Shown: positions 9,754 to 20,600 of the stretch, piece after piece
Layout: each line of letters opens with the position of its first letter
Position numbering within the stretch: the first letter of the stretch is position 1
Source: Deltaproteobacteria bacterium
GTDB taxonomy: Bacteria > Myxococcota > Kuafuiibacteriia > Kuafuiibacteriales > Kuafuiibacteriaceae
Length of the DNA: 64,000 nt
NCBI GenBank assembly: GCA_040218735.1
Contig: JAVJQW010000041.1
Coordinates: 32,001 to 96,000, forward strand
Direction: 5' to 3'
The notes under the pieces: generated by a model
Seen by the model: only the letters and a program-made list of their open reading frames with translations
The model's database searches: none
What the model was told of the DNA's origin: nothing
Position numbers and translations under genes: made by a program

Positions 9754-10469
9754 TCGCCGCGCGCATCGCGGCGCTGTGGGGCGCCGAAGCCGTGGCGGAT
9801 TTTCTTCGGCCGTCCGTCTTCCACGTCACTGCCGTTTGGCGTCGACCGGAAGGGCCGCCCGCGGTCCTCCGAATCAACGCCGACACGCCCAAGAGCGCGA
9901 CCGATCGCTTCTCGCTCGAGATCGCGCGCGCCCGCGCTGACGCGATCGTCGCGACCGGACAGATCCTCCGCGACGAACCCGAAGAACGCTTCGCGATCGC
10001 CGACGCCGAGATCCAGGCCTGGCGCCGCACGACGTTCGGCGACACGCCGACCACCCTCGCGGTCCTCACCTCCGGGCGCGCGATCGACTTCGACCACCCC
10101 GCGTTCCACGCCGAGCACCTGAGACCGATCGTCTTCACCGCCAACGCTCGGCTCGAAGCCCCGACGAACGTCGAAGTCATCGTGGACGCCAACGCGTCGC
10201 CGCGTACCCTCATCGCCTACCTTCGTCGCCGCTGCTCGCGGATCTCGATCGAGGCGGGCCCGAGCGCATCGCGCCTCCTCTACGAGGCGCCGCTCGCAGT
10301 CGACGAGCTGCTGCTCTCCACGCTCGTCGCCGAGCGCGTCCCGGCGAACACCGTGGGAGGAGACTTCTTCGCCGAGCCCGAGCTGGCGGCGCGCTTCGCG
10401 GAGCGCTCTACGCCCGTCGTCCGCACGGAGCGCGGGCGGACCTGGCGCTTCGAACGCTTCAGCGCGTGA
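9750..10469 (+). CDS. RibD C-terminal-like (dihydrofolate reductase fold) protein
   Basis: GTG overlaps the upstream stop (GTGA). Motifs RARADAIVATGQILRDE, ISIEAGPS and VDELLLS. Confidence 0.75.
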   Translation: MIAARIAALWGAEAVADFLRPSVFHVTAVWRRPEGPPAVLRINADTPKSATDRFSLEIARARADAIVATGQILRDEPEERFAIADAEIQAWRRTTFGDTPTTLAVLTSGRAIDFDHPAFHAEHLRPIVFTANARLEAPTNVEVIVDANASPRTLIAYLRRRCSRISIEAGPSASRLLYEAPLAVDELLLSTLVAERVPANTVGGDFFAEPELAARFAERSTPVVRTERGRTWRFERFSA

Positions 10470-10809
10470 CGCGGACGGTCGCCGCGACGCCGTTGGCCTG
10501 CGGGAGGATCACCTTCGTGACCCGCACCTGCACCGCGTCCGCGAGGGGCGCAATGTCGAGCACGTGCTGCCCGATGTCGTAAGCGAGCTTCTCGATCAGC
10601 TTCCACTCGCCGTCGCCCGACAGACGTGTGATCGCGTTCGCGACCGCCTCGTAGTCGACGGCGTCCGACAGCTCGTCGGTCTCGATGCACTTCGTCATGT
10701 CCGTCTCGATCTCGAGATCGGTCGTCACGACCTGCGGGAACGAGCGCTCCTCCGGCTGACAGCCGAGACGAACCGCGTGACGGAGCCCCTGAATCGAGAG
10801 TTGGTGCAT
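10459..10809 (-). CDS. folB: Dihydroneopterin aldolase
   Basis: G..PEER..Q, DELSDAVDY, LIEKLA and VRVTK motifs. ATG at 10809 is preceded by GGAGG. Confidence 0.85.
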   Translation of the reverse strand: MHQLSIQGLRHAVRLGCQPEERSFPQVVTTDLEIETDMTKCIETDELSDAVDYEAVANAITRLSGDGEWKLIEKLAYDIGQHVLDIAPLADAVQVRVTKVILPQANGVAATVRVTR

Positions 10810-10822
10810 CGCGCCTCCCATA

Positions 10823-11530
10823 TCACAGGCCGTTGGTGATGCGTGCGAGCATCTCCGTCGCGGGCCCGCGCAGCAGCACTTCGTACGCGTCCGACAGCGG
10901 CGTCGGCTCCGGGTTGATCTCCACCAGCCGCGCCCCCGCCTGCTTCGCGATCAGCGGGAGCTGCGCCGCCGGATACACCACCGCCGAAGTCCCGATCGAG
11001 ACGAGCAAATCGCAGGTCTCGAGCGCCCGCTGCGACGCCTGGATGACGTCCATCCGCAGCATGTCCCCGAACCACACGATGTCCGGTCGTTTGTACGCGC
11101 CGCAGTCCGGACACTTCAGGTCGAGCAGCGGCGCCGCGCGCGACTGTCCTCGCCAGCTGCACTGACCGCACCGCAAACCCCACAACGAACCGTGGAGCTC
11201 GTGCACCGTCTTGCTCCCCGCCAGCTGATGCAGCCCGTCGATGTTCTGCGTGACGACGGTGACCGACGGCAGCGCGCGCTCCGCCGCCGCGACGATCGCG
11301 TGCCCGGAGTTCGGGATGCACTTCGCGACCGCCTCGCGCCGCAGGTTGTGGAACGCCCACACGTGCTCCGGGTCGCGCTCGAACGCCGCTTGGCAGGCGA
11401 CCTGCTCGGGGTCGTACTCCGACCACGTCCCGCCCTTGCCCCGGTACGTCGGGACGCCGCTCTCCGCGGACATGCCGGCGCCGGTGAAGAACACGACGCG
11501 CTCGTAGTCCGCGAGCCTCACGTCGATCAT
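10823..11530 (-). CDS. cobB: NAD-dependent protein deacylase (Sir2/CobB family)
   Basis: TGAGMSAESGVPTYRG, TQNIDGLH, ELHGS, two CxxC pairs, RPDIVWFG and GTSAVVYPAA. ATG at 11530. Confidence 0.9.
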   Translation of the reverse strand: MIDVRLADYERVVFFTGAGMSAESGVPTYRGKGGTWSEYDPEQVACQAAFERDPEHVWAFHNLRREAVAKCIPNSGHAIVAAAERALPSVTVVTQNIDGLHQLAGSKTVHELHGSLWGLRCGQCSWRGQSRAAPLLDLKCPDCGAYKRPDIVWFGDMLRMDVIQASQRALETCDLLVSIGTSAVVYPAAQLPLIAKQAGARLVEINPEPTPLSDAYEVLLRGPATEMLARITNGL

Positions 11531-12039
11531 GGCGCGCTCCCGGTGGTGCTGGTCGTCGTCGCCGTCTGCGCGCGCGCCTTCTCTATCTTCAACAGCTCGG
11601 CGCCGATGCGACCGTCGGGGTCGTCGAAGCGCCCGCTCTCGAGCTGCACACTCGCGCCCGACGGACCGAAGAGCAGGAGGAACGACGCGTAGCGCGCTTC
11701 GTTCGACACCGCACGCAGCGCCGCGAGCACGTCGAACAGCGCGGTGCGATCCGCGATCGGAATGAAGAGTCGCTCTGCGTCCCCGCCGTGGTCGGCGACG
11801 ATCTGCTGCACCGCCTTCGCCGCCGACGCCGGCGTCGCGCCGGTCGGCTGCACGGTGAGCGACTTCACCGCGTCGAGGTCCAACGCCTTGGGCGCGGGGA
11901 GCGCGGCGAGGTCGAGCTCCGAGACCGACACCTCGGGCATCGGCCGCGGCCACAGGTAGAACGCGGTCACCGCCGCGAGGCCGACGAGATAGACCCACGC
12001 CGCGCGTGCGAGGAGTCGATCGCGTTCGATGGCCCGCAT
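11527..12039 (-). CDS. Hypothetical protein with N-terminal transmembrane anchor
   Basis: Hydrophobic segment WVYLVGLAAVTAFYLW. Stop overlaps the sirtuin ATG. Confidence 0.6.
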   Translation of the reverse strand: MRAIERDRLLARAAWVYLVGLAAVTAFYLWPRPMPEVSVSELDLAALPAPKALDLDAVKSLTVQPTGATPASAAKAVQQIVADHGGDAERLFIPIADRTALFDVLAALRAVSNEARYASFLLLFGPSGASVQLESGRFDDPDGRIGAELLKIEKARAQTATTTSTTGSAP

Positions 12040-12054
12040 CGCCGCGGATGATCC

Positions 12055-13134
12055 TCATCGATTCGGGACATGACAAGCGGCGAGGCGCTCGAGCGCCTCC
12101 TGATACCTCGCGATCAGCGGCGCGCCGAACGGCGCGGTGATCGAGCGACGGTCCGCGCGGAGGGGCCGAGGCTGCGTCAGCCGCGCCGCGAGCGCATCGA
12201 CGAAGCCATCACGCGCGTAGCGAAACTCGGGGCCGAACAGCTCCGCGTAGGCGAGATCGTCCGGCACGAGCGGGCACGCCCCGAAGTGCGTGGCCTCCAA
12301 CATCGCGATGCCGAAGAACTCGTGCTGCGCCGTCGACACCGCGAGGTCCGCGCGGTGCAGCAGCGACTCGTACGTCGCGCGGTCCGCGGGCCCGAAGTGG
12401 ACGAGTCGATCCGCGAACCGCTCGGCCGCTTCGTCGAACACGTCCGGCCACCGCCCGTGTCGCGGCCCCGCCACCGCGAGCGCGAAGTCGACGCCTCGCG
12501 CCGCGACCGCCTCCAGCCCGGCGAAGAACGTCCACGGATCCTTGTCGTGCTCCCAGCGATGGTTCCACAGCACCAGCGGCGGCCCCGGCTCGGGGGGCGC
12601 GACCGGCGCGGACGGAAGCTCGAGCGGCACCGGCATCACCGAAGCGCGCGCTTCGATCCGCTCCACGAACCCGGGCGGCACCGCGTCCGGCATGCGCGCG
12701 AGCAGCGCGCGCCCCGCGTCGAGGAACGAACGCAGGTTGTAGGCGCTGTTGAACCAGCACTCCGTCGCCGCGAGGCACGAGACGAGCTGCGTGAACCCGA
12801 AGTGGTGGTCCCGCGGCGCGTCGGTCTGGTTCGGATACGTCAGCTGGTTTTCGTGGAAGTACAGCACCCGCGGTACCTGGGCGAGGGCGGGGCGCAACCC
12901 CACGAGCTCCGCCAGCGGCACGTAGCTGGACGCGAGCACCACGTCCGCGCCGTCGAGCTCGGGGCTCGAAGCGAAGAACGCGGCGCTCCCCCGCATCCGC
13001 CACTTCCAGTGTCGGCCGGGGAGGGTGAGCCGGCGCCAGTCGACGTCGACGCCCGAGAACAGCGCCTCGGCGAACGCCGCGTGGGACCCCGCGAAGAACG
13101 GCTCGACGAACGCGACCTGCACTCGACGGTTCAC
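12055..13134 (-). CDS. DUF3524-domain GT-B glycosyltransferase (GTDC1/QTMAN-like)
   Basis: EPFFAGSH, LTLPGRHWKWRMRGSA, YFHENQLTYP, LWNHRWEHDKDP and HEFFGIAMLEA. GTG at 13134 chosen as start. Confidence 0.88.
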   Translation of the reverse strand: MNRRVQVAFVEPFFAGSHAAFAEALFSGVDVDWRRLTLPGRHWKWRMRGSAAFFASSPELDGADVVLASSYVPLAELVGLRPALAQVPRVLYFHENQLTYPNQTDAPRDHHFGFTQLVSCLAATECWFNSAYNLRSFLDAGRALLARMPDAVPPGFVERIEARASVMPVPLELPSAPVAPPEPGPPLVLWNHRWEHDKDPWTFFAGLEAVAARGVDFALAVAGPRHGRWPDVFDEAAERFADRLVHFGPADRATYESLLHRADLAVSTAQHEFFGIAMLEATHFGACPLVPDDLAYAELFGPEFRYARDGFVDALAARLTQPRPLRADRRSITAPFGAPLIARYQEALERLAACHVPNR

Positions 13135-13183
13135 GTCGCGGCCACCATGGCGCGTCGTCGATCCGTTTGCCATCATCATCGAC

Positions 13184-14542
13184 GTGCGTTGGTCCCCGCC
13201 GTTGCTGCTCGCGTTGGTGTGTTGCGCGCCGGACCCGGTGACGCTGCGGGCCGACGTCCCCTTCGAGGCGTCGGACGCCAGCGCGATCGTCGCGTTGCTC
13301 CGCCCGAACGAGGCGCCCGAGCTGCGCGCGTTCGTGATCGAGGACGGCGCGATCGAGCCGGCGTGGAACCTCCCCGTCGCGGACGCCGATCGCTGGACGG
13401 TGCAGGTGCTCGTCTACGACGTCGCGCTCGCCGAGCTCGGGCTGGAGGCGGGGGTGGTCGTGCCGGTCACGGAAGGCGCCTCGCGTGCGTTGCCGTCGCC
13501 CGCGCGCATCCTCACGCGTCAGCTCGAGAACCGCGCGCTGCTCGATCAGTGGGAGACGACCGCGCCGATCGACGCCACCGTGGCGACGCTGCGGCTCCCG
13601 CTCGTCTGCACGACGTTCGAGCCGGTCGAGGTGGACCTCCCCGACGACGTCCCCGCGATGTTCCTCGTCGCGCTCGACGACACCCGGCTGCTGATGGGCA
13701 ACCGGGATGGCGCGATGTACGTCGCGACGCCCAACGGCGCGCTCCAGGCGATCACGTCGACGGTCGGCCTCGTCTACGACGCGTTCGCCGACGACGCGGG
13801 TGACGTCTACCTCGCCGCGACGGACGGGCTCGTCGCGCACGCGCGCGTGGTTGCGGATCGCTTGGAGGTGTTGTCGACGGAGTCGGTCGGCAACGACGAC
13901 GTCCTCTACATCGACGGCGAGACCGAGGTCGGCAGCGAGGTGCGCTTCGTCCTCGACACCGAGCGCGCGCAGCGTCGCGACGCAAACGGGTGGTCGCGGA
14001 TCTTCGGGTTCGGTCGTCCGCGTGGCGTCGCGTCGATCGGTGGCGGGCTCGGGCGCGCCGTCGTCGGCTACAACCCCTTCGCCTGGACGTTCGACACGAT
14101 GGACCTCGAAGACAACGTCACCGACAGCACCATCGCCGGCGGCGTCACGACGATCGGGCGGACCCCGATGGGGATCGTCGCGGGCACGGAGTACGGCCAG
14201 CTCTACCGGCGCAACGGCGACGACGACTGGACGTTCCTCGAAGGGCTGGCCCCCGAGCTGCTGCAGATCCGCGGCATCGCGGCCTACGACGACGGCTTCG
14301 TCTACGCGCGGCCGGACGCGGTTCTGCAGGTCGTGGAGGGGCAGGCCTGCCCCTACGTCACACCCGTCTCGCAGCTGGGCGAATCGACCGCGACCGAGAT
14401 CGGGGTCCCGGTGGAGGACGCGGCGCGCGACGGCGGTCGGGCCGAGCTCACCGTCGTCGGCGACGATCTGGCGGCGCTGGTGTGGCGCGGCCCGGAAAAC
14501 GACCGAAAACCGGAGCTTTGGTGGTTTCGACCGCGCAATTGA
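13184..14542 (+). CDS. Putative lipoprotein, probably beta-propeller
   Basis: GTG at 13184 gives the signal MRWSPPLLLALVCC. Repeated short beta-strand/Gly motifs (LLMGNRDG, IVAGTEYG). Confidence 0.6.
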   Translation: MRWSPPLLLALVCCAPDPVTLRADVPFEASDASAIVALLRPNEAPELRAFVIEDGAIEPAWNLPVADADRWTVQVLVYDVALAELGLEAGVVVPVTEGASRALPSPARILTRQLENRALLDQWETTAPIDATVATLRLPLVCTTFEPVEVDLPDDVPAMFLVALDDTRLLMGNRDGAMYVATPNGALQAITSTVGLVYDAFADDAGDVYLAATDGLVAHARVVADRLEVLSTESVGNDDVLYIDGETEVGSEVRFVLDTERAQRRDANGWSRIFGFGRPRGVASIGGGLGRAVVGYNPFAWTFDTMDLEDNVTDSTIAGGVTTIGRTPMGIVAGTEYGQLYRRNGDDDWTFLEGLAPELLQIRGIAAYDDGFVYARPDAVLQVVEGQACPYVTPVSQLGESTATEIGVPVEDAARDGGRAELTVVGDDLAALVWRGPENDRKPELWWFRPRN

Positions 14543-14583
14543 GTCAAGAGTCGCGCAAGGCGTGAAAACCTCTAAAAGTGCTC

Positions 14584-14610
14584 GGAACGTAGGTTGACGT
14601 CGCACGTTCC
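14584..14610 (+). promoter_or_regulatory. Putative ECF-sigma promoter / palindromic operator upstream of the giant AAA operon
   Basis: GGAAC(14584-88)-N16-CGTT(14605-08) lies within the inverted repeat GGAACGT-N13-ACGTTCC. TTGACG sits inside the spacer. Confidence 0.4.
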
Positions 14611-14645
14611 CGCCTAGAAACTGTTTCGGCTCGGACGGGACGCAG

Positions 14646-17600
14646 GTGGGGGACGGCATCGAACCGAAGCGGACCTTCCGTCCGTACGAGCGCACGCGGG
14701 TCGACGACGGATCGTCGCCCGCGATCGACGACGCCCATACCAAGAAGCGAGACGCCGACGCGCCGGGCAAGGATCTCGTCGGCGACGTCTTCCAGGCCAC
14801 GCACCAGATCGACGACGACGCGGAGCAGGCGAAGTTCCGCGCGAAGGACGCGACGACCGAGCGCGCGCGTGCGGACCACGTCGAAGCGAAGGACCGTCTG
14901 ACGGTCGGGGGCGCGACCTACAAACTCGACGCCGCCGCGAAGCGCTCGATGACGGCGCTCGAACCGAACCGCCAGGTGATCGCCGCCGTCGACGGCGCGA
15001 TCCGCGCGGGCCGACCGCTGCTGTTGTCCGCAGCTCCGGGCTCGGGGGCTGCGTACACCACCGAGTGGGCGCTGCGCGCGATGGATCGTCCGCACGAGAT
15101 CGCACGCCTCTCGAAGAACACCCCGCTCGAGGCGCTCGTCGGAGCGCTGCGCCCCGAGGACGGCAACGCGCTGCGCGTGAAGGACGGTCCGCTGACGCGC
15201 GCGATCCGCGACGGACGCGTCATGGTCATCGATAGCGTCGAACGCGCGGACCCGCAGGTCCGCGCGGCGCTCAAGGCGCTCGCCGCGGGGCTCAAACGAT
15301 TCCACCACCCGGTGAGCGGCGAGTTGATCGACGTGCACCCCGAGTTCCGGCTGGTGATGATCGGTGACCAACGCGAGCGGCGCCTCGGCAGCCAGCTCGG
15401 CGTGCGCACCGTCCGCGAGATCCGCGCCTACGACGAGGCCGAGCACCGGCGCCTGCTCGTCGATCAGGTGGGGCTCCCGGAGGAGCTCGCCGGGCGCCTC
15501 GCGCAGTTCCACGAAGACGTGATGGAGAAGGTCGACGCCTCCGACCTCGACTTCTCGCGCGGCTTCCCGCTCGGGTGGTCGATGCTGGAACGCGTCGGTC
15601 GCCGGCTCGCGTCGGCGCGCGATCCGGACGACGCAGAGATCGGCCGCGCGCTGATGGGCGTCTACGGTGCGCGCCTCACGAAGTCGCACCACCGCGACGC
15701 GTTCCAAGGCCTGCTCGAAGACCTCGACGCGTGGCCGCCCAAGCAGCGCCCCGCGCGAAACAGCGCCGACGAGAGCTTCGTCCGCACGCCGCGGATCGAT
15801 CGGATCCTCGCGCAGGCCGAGGACGCGCTCGTCGCCGGCGAGATGCTCCACCTCCGCGGCGCGGGCCAGAGCGGCATCACGACCCTCGTCGAGGAGATCG
15901 CCCAGCGGCGCGGCCAGGAGCTCGTGACGATCGTGGGCCACTCCGGCCTCGACGCGCAGACCCTCGTCGAGCGGCCGACGTTCGACGAGGCGGGCGACCT
16001 CTACTTCAAACCCGGTCGCATCACCCGCGCGCTCCTCGAAGGCGGCATCCTCTTCGTCGACCACCTCGACCAGCTCCCGCGCGAGCAGCAGAACGCGATC
16101 TTCGCGTTGCGCGACATGAAGACGATCCGCGTGCTGGAGGGGGACACGATCGTCGACAAGAAGGTCGACCCGCGCGCGCGTATCGTGATGTCGACGACCA
16201 CCGGTCACGTCCGCGGCCGCGCGACCCCCGAGGCGAGCGACCGCGCGATGGCGACGGAGATCGCGGTCGACGCGCCCGACCTCGACGAGGTCACCGGCCC
16301 CTTCATCGACCGCCTCGTCCCCGGCCGCGAGCGCCTGAAAGAGCGCCTCAGCGACGTCATCTACGACCTCGACGCGGAGGGGAGCATCCCGCGGCTGAAC
16401 CGCCTGCAGCGGATGACCGACTTCGTGCGCACGGCCGAGCTGCTCTCCGAGTCCGGCTTTACGAACAAGGGCGCGATCGCGCGCGCGCTGCGGATGGTCT
16501 TCGATCCGAAGGAGAGCGACGTCCTCACCGAGCTCGATAGCGCGAAGCCGATGGACGACGACGTCGAGGGTCCGCTGTGGCAGCGCGTGCTCGGGTTGTC
16601 CGACAAAGACGTCGCGTCGAGCCTCGACAAGACCGGCTACCGCATCACGAACAGCATGCACGCGCACCTCGATGCGCTCGCGATCGCCCACCGCCTCGGG
16701 CGACCGGTGCGATCGATCGGCCCGGCGAGCTCGGGCAAGACGGTGCTCGGCTCGGTGTTCGGCGCGCTGATCGACAAGTCGGTGGTGCGCACCAACTTCT
16801 CGCAGTCGACGGAGGGGCAGAGCCTGCTGTCCGCGATGGCGCCGGTGAGCGAGGGCGAGCGCACCATCTTCAAGGAGTCGCTCGGGCCCGCGCGCACCGC
16901 GGCGCAGACGAAGTCGCTGCTGATGGCCGACGAGTGGAACCTCTCGCGGCAGGGCCAGATGGCGCTCAAGTCCGCGCTCGACAAACGCGGGCGCCTCATC
17001 GACCCGGAGGCGGACATCGAGGAGAGCTTCGCGGAGTCGTTCTTCTACGCCGCGCAGAACGAAAACGATCCGGCGCTGGGCCGCTACGAGCCGCCGCCCG
17101 AGGTCGCGGACTGCATGTTCACGATCTTCGTCGACCCGCGCCCGGTCGACGAGAAGATCGAGGTCGTCAAATCGCAGTGTGATCTGAAGGGCGAGCACAT
17201 CGAGCCCATCGCGAACGTGTTCGCGGATCTCGAAGTGCTCGTGGAGCGCGGCAAGCTGTCGTCGCAGGTCGCGCCGATCACCGCGACCGAGCGCGACATC
17301 CTCAAGGCCGCGCGCATGGCGCACTACCTCATCGAGCGCGATCGTGTGCGTGGGCCGGACGAGCAGCGCCAGCTCGTGGGCCGCGAGGTGTTTCGGGTGA
17401 TTCGCGATCAGCTCGCGAGCCCCGAGGAGCGCGAGATGGTGCTCGACCTCGTGCGCAAACGCTTCGGCGACGACATCGAAGCTCCGCCGCGTCCGAACGG
17501 CGTCGAGAAGGTCACGGTCGAGGTCGACGGCGAGTCGGTCGAGATGGTGCAGATCGGCTCGGCGCGGTTCCCGGTGCGCGTGCTCCCCGAGGAGCTGCAG

Positions 17601-20600
17601 AAGGACGTCCCGAAGCTCGACGGCATCCGCGATCCGGTCGGCATCCAGTTCGAGTTCCTGGAGTCGGTGCTGCTCGGCGCCGAGCTGAAGGAGCCCGTGG
17701 CGGTGGTCGGCAACACCGGCACCGGCAAGACGATGCTGATGAAGTGGCTCGCGCACCACCTCAACCAGCCGGTGATCGAGCAGCCCTTCAACGCAGACAT
17801 GACCGAGGAGCACCTGTTCGGTGCGCAGGTCATCGGGCGGGGCGGGAAGATCACGTTCAAGTACGGCGACATCCCGACGGCCATCAAGAACGGCTACTGG
17901 TACATCGGCGACGAGCCGACGACGCTCGGTCACAGCGTCCGCGAAGCGCTCAACCCGGTCACCGAGCGCTCCGAGATCCAGATTGCGCAGAAGCGTCCGC
18001 CCGAGACGATCCCCGCCAAGGACTGGGACCCGCAGTTCAGGTACTTCGAGACCGCGAACGGCGACGACATCCGGCAGGACGGCTACTCCGCGCCCGAGGC
18101 GAGCCGGCGGCGCATGGTGGTGCTGCCGGAGCTCGACACGATCGAGGACTACGAGGCGGTCGCGCGGCGCGACTACCAGTCCGAGGGCTTCGAGCCGATC
18201 GAAGGGCTGAAGCGCACCGACGAAAACCGCGCCGCCGTGCGGGACGCCATTCTCGAGCTCGTCGGACCCTCCGCCTTCAACGAGGCGTTGGTTCGTGCCT
18301 TCGAAGGTGAAGAGGTCGAACCCGTCCAGCACGTGCCTTCGATCGAGCTGACGGACGCGGACGCGAAGACGATCGTCGAAGCGCTCTCGATCTACACCTA
18401 CAAGAAGAAGGACGCGTCGGTTCGCGAGCTGCTCACGGATTTGCTCGCGGCGTCCACGGGCCAGGCGGCGTTTCGGGCCGCGCCCAGCATCGACCCCGAG
18501 GTCCTCTCACCGCGCGCGAAAGAGGCGCTGGGGGGCGCGGCGGTGGTCGAGGGGCGCCTCGTCAACCCGGACGAGGTGATGGCCGCGACGGAGCTGTTCT
18601 TCTCGCTGCGTGAGCTGCAGCGCGACGCGCCGGACGCGAGCCTCACGCCGCTCACGCCGCGCATCTACGGGACGTTCATGGACGCCCTCGTGCAGCTGCG
18701 GACGCGGCGCTCCTTCGGTGCGGCGTTGATGCGCGCGTCCGAGATGTTCCTGGCGCCGAAGCTGCCGGCGAGCGTGCGCAAGGATCTCACCGCGCACGTG
18801 GAAGACCGCGCGCACGTCGGTGATGAGACGCCGGCGTCGGTGCCGGAGCAGCTCGCGACGAAGGTGCGGTTCGGCGAGGTTTACGTCGAGCGCGGGTCGG
18901 AGCGGCCCTGGAAGCCGTCGAACGAGCGCTTCCCGCTCACCGAGCCGCGCTGCCGCAACCTGCAGGCGATCGGCGAGGCGGTCGAGCTCGGGCGCGGGCG
19001 TCCGATCAGCATCACCGACGACGAAAACGGCGAGGCGGTCGAGACGCTCCGCGAGTTCGGGCGCATCACGGGCCGTCGTGTCACGGAGGTGACGCTGCCG
19101 CCGAACGTCGAGCTCGAGCAGCTGCTGGAACGGCTCGTCGTCAGCGCGACTTCGAAGAGCGGCTTCGAGCCGGAGCTTCAGCAGATCGCGCAGGCGATCA
19201 AGGACGGCCACACCCTCGTGCTGCGCGGGTGCGGGCAGGTCAGCACCAACCGGCTGGAGCGTTTGAACTCCCTCGGCGACGGACGCAACGCGGTGCACTG
19301 CCCGGTGTCGGGGGAGTGGCTCGAAGCGCACCCGCAGTTCCGGCTCGTGATGATGCGGACGCCGGACTCCGTCGAGAAGTACTCGGCGGCGCTGGAGAAC
19401 CGGCTCGTGACGCCGCCGCTCACGACGCAGCACGTCCCGACCACCGAGGCCGCGCGTGAGTCCCGCGCTGCGGAGCTCGCGGCGGTGCTGCGCGAGCGCT
19501 GCGAGATGTCGCGCGACACCGCGGACAAACTCGGCGTGTTCCACGTCTACCTGAACCACATGCTGCGCGAGGGGCGCTTCGCCTCGGGCCGCGCGGTGGG
19601 GACGTTCCTCAACCACGACGCCGAGTCGGTCGGTCGGCGCCTCGCCTGGCTGGTCGAGCGCAACGAGGTCGACGACGAAGACGAGGCGCTGGTCGAGCTC
19701 GTGATGTCGATCTACGGCGAGCGCCTCGCGACGCCCACGGATCGCGACAAGCTCCTGGCGCTGGTGCAGAAGGCGTTCTCGACGGAGAGCACGGGCGTCG
19801 ACATCGACGCGACGGTGTCCCCCGGCCCGAACATGAACCGCGTCGGTCCGTGGGCGCTCACGCGTGACCCGCGCGGGCGCGCCGACGATCTCCCGAAGGC
19901 CGAGGCCGTGCTCCCCGAGGGCGAGGTGTTCGACCAGGTGCTGCAGAAGGTCTCGGCCGCGGCGCAGTTCGACGAGGTCATTCACCTGACCGGCAACGAC
20001 TTCATCGCGGACGCCGCCGTCGCGTCGCTCGCGCGGCTGACGACGTCGCCGGTGGTGGAGGTCGAAGGCAACCGCGACATGACCGAAGCCCACCTCTTCG
20101 GCGGGACGGTGCAGGACCAGCAGACGGGCGACTTCGTCGAGACCGAAGGGTTGATCTTCCAAGCGCAGCGCGAGGGCGGGACGGTCGTCGTGAAGAACGC
20201 GTCGACGCTCCCGCCGGAGGTGCTCACGCGACTCACGCAGATCGCCGCGACCGGTCACCTGCAGCGCGTGAAGAACGGCGTGCTCGAGGAGCCGGCACGG
20301 ACGTTCTCGCTGGTGCTTCGGACCAGCGAAGGCGACCCGCCGCTCGCGCGTGAGCTGATGAGCCTCGCGCGCACGGTGCGTTGCCCCGAGATCGAAGACG
20401 GCTCCGAGCTCGTCGCGACTGCGGCGCACCACCTCCGCGCGGTGGCGGGCGGAGCGCAGATCGCCGAGGAGCTGGTGAGCTTCCACCTGATGGCGGCGAA
20501 GGCGCTCGAGAGCGAGTCGCTGGTCGGGCGGCAGCAGATGCGCATCGACAGCGCGCGCCTCGTCGAGGCGACGCGTGATCTCGCCGAGCTCGTCGCAAAC

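Noticed and set aside
14594-14622. Sigma70 promoter TTGACG...TAGAAA
   Set aside because: The spacer is only 15 nt and the -10 match is poor. Kept only as part of the palindrome/ECF note.
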